From contig JAHRHZ010000009.1 in the NCBI GenBank assembly GCA_024137785.1, forward strand, positions 19,345,199-19,409,198: a stretch of DNA of 64,000 bases. The letters run 5' to 3'. The stretch is from Ginglymostoma cirratum (taxonomy: Eukaryota). Under the pieces are notes generated by a model. The model made no database searches and was not told the DNA's origin. It saw only the letters and a list, made by a program, of their open reading frames with translations. Each line of letters starts with the position of its first letter. Positions within the stretch are counted from its first letter, which is position 1. This document shows positions 63,910-64,000 of the stretch, piece after piece. The position numbers and the translations under genes were made by a program.

Positions 63910-64000
63910 TGGTATAAAGACTGACTTTTTACTGATCTGTATCTTTAATATTGGGTTGAAATTGTGATTGAAGAAAAAAATGGTATTAAAGACATTGGTT

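Overview
Eukaryotic, repeat-rich, apparently non-genic DNA (intron or gene desert). HE1-type V-SINEs and HER1/CR1-type LINEs point to an elasmobranch (shark or ray). I found no supportable host exon. The longer ORFs are retroelement remnants, their antisense frames, or read-throughs of two 400-N gaps. Content: degenerate CR1, CR1/L2-group, L2, Rex1-like and RTE LINEs, tRNA-derived SINEs, a Gypsy pol remnant split by a 4-kb nested LINE, a probable solo LTR, and many Penelope-like element (PLE) pieces. The most notable signal is that three distinct PLE families carry minimal hammerhead-ribozyme motifs (CTGAnGA-stem II-GAAA plus a palindromic ACGT/AGCT stem III). They recur as asymmetric head-to-head hairpin insertions with 11-16 bp target-site duplications. 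One arm has a 30-42 nt tail the other lacks, and in the small copies the hairpin apex lies at the ribozyme. Family names come from motif recognition, not database searches, and boundaries of old elements are approximate.
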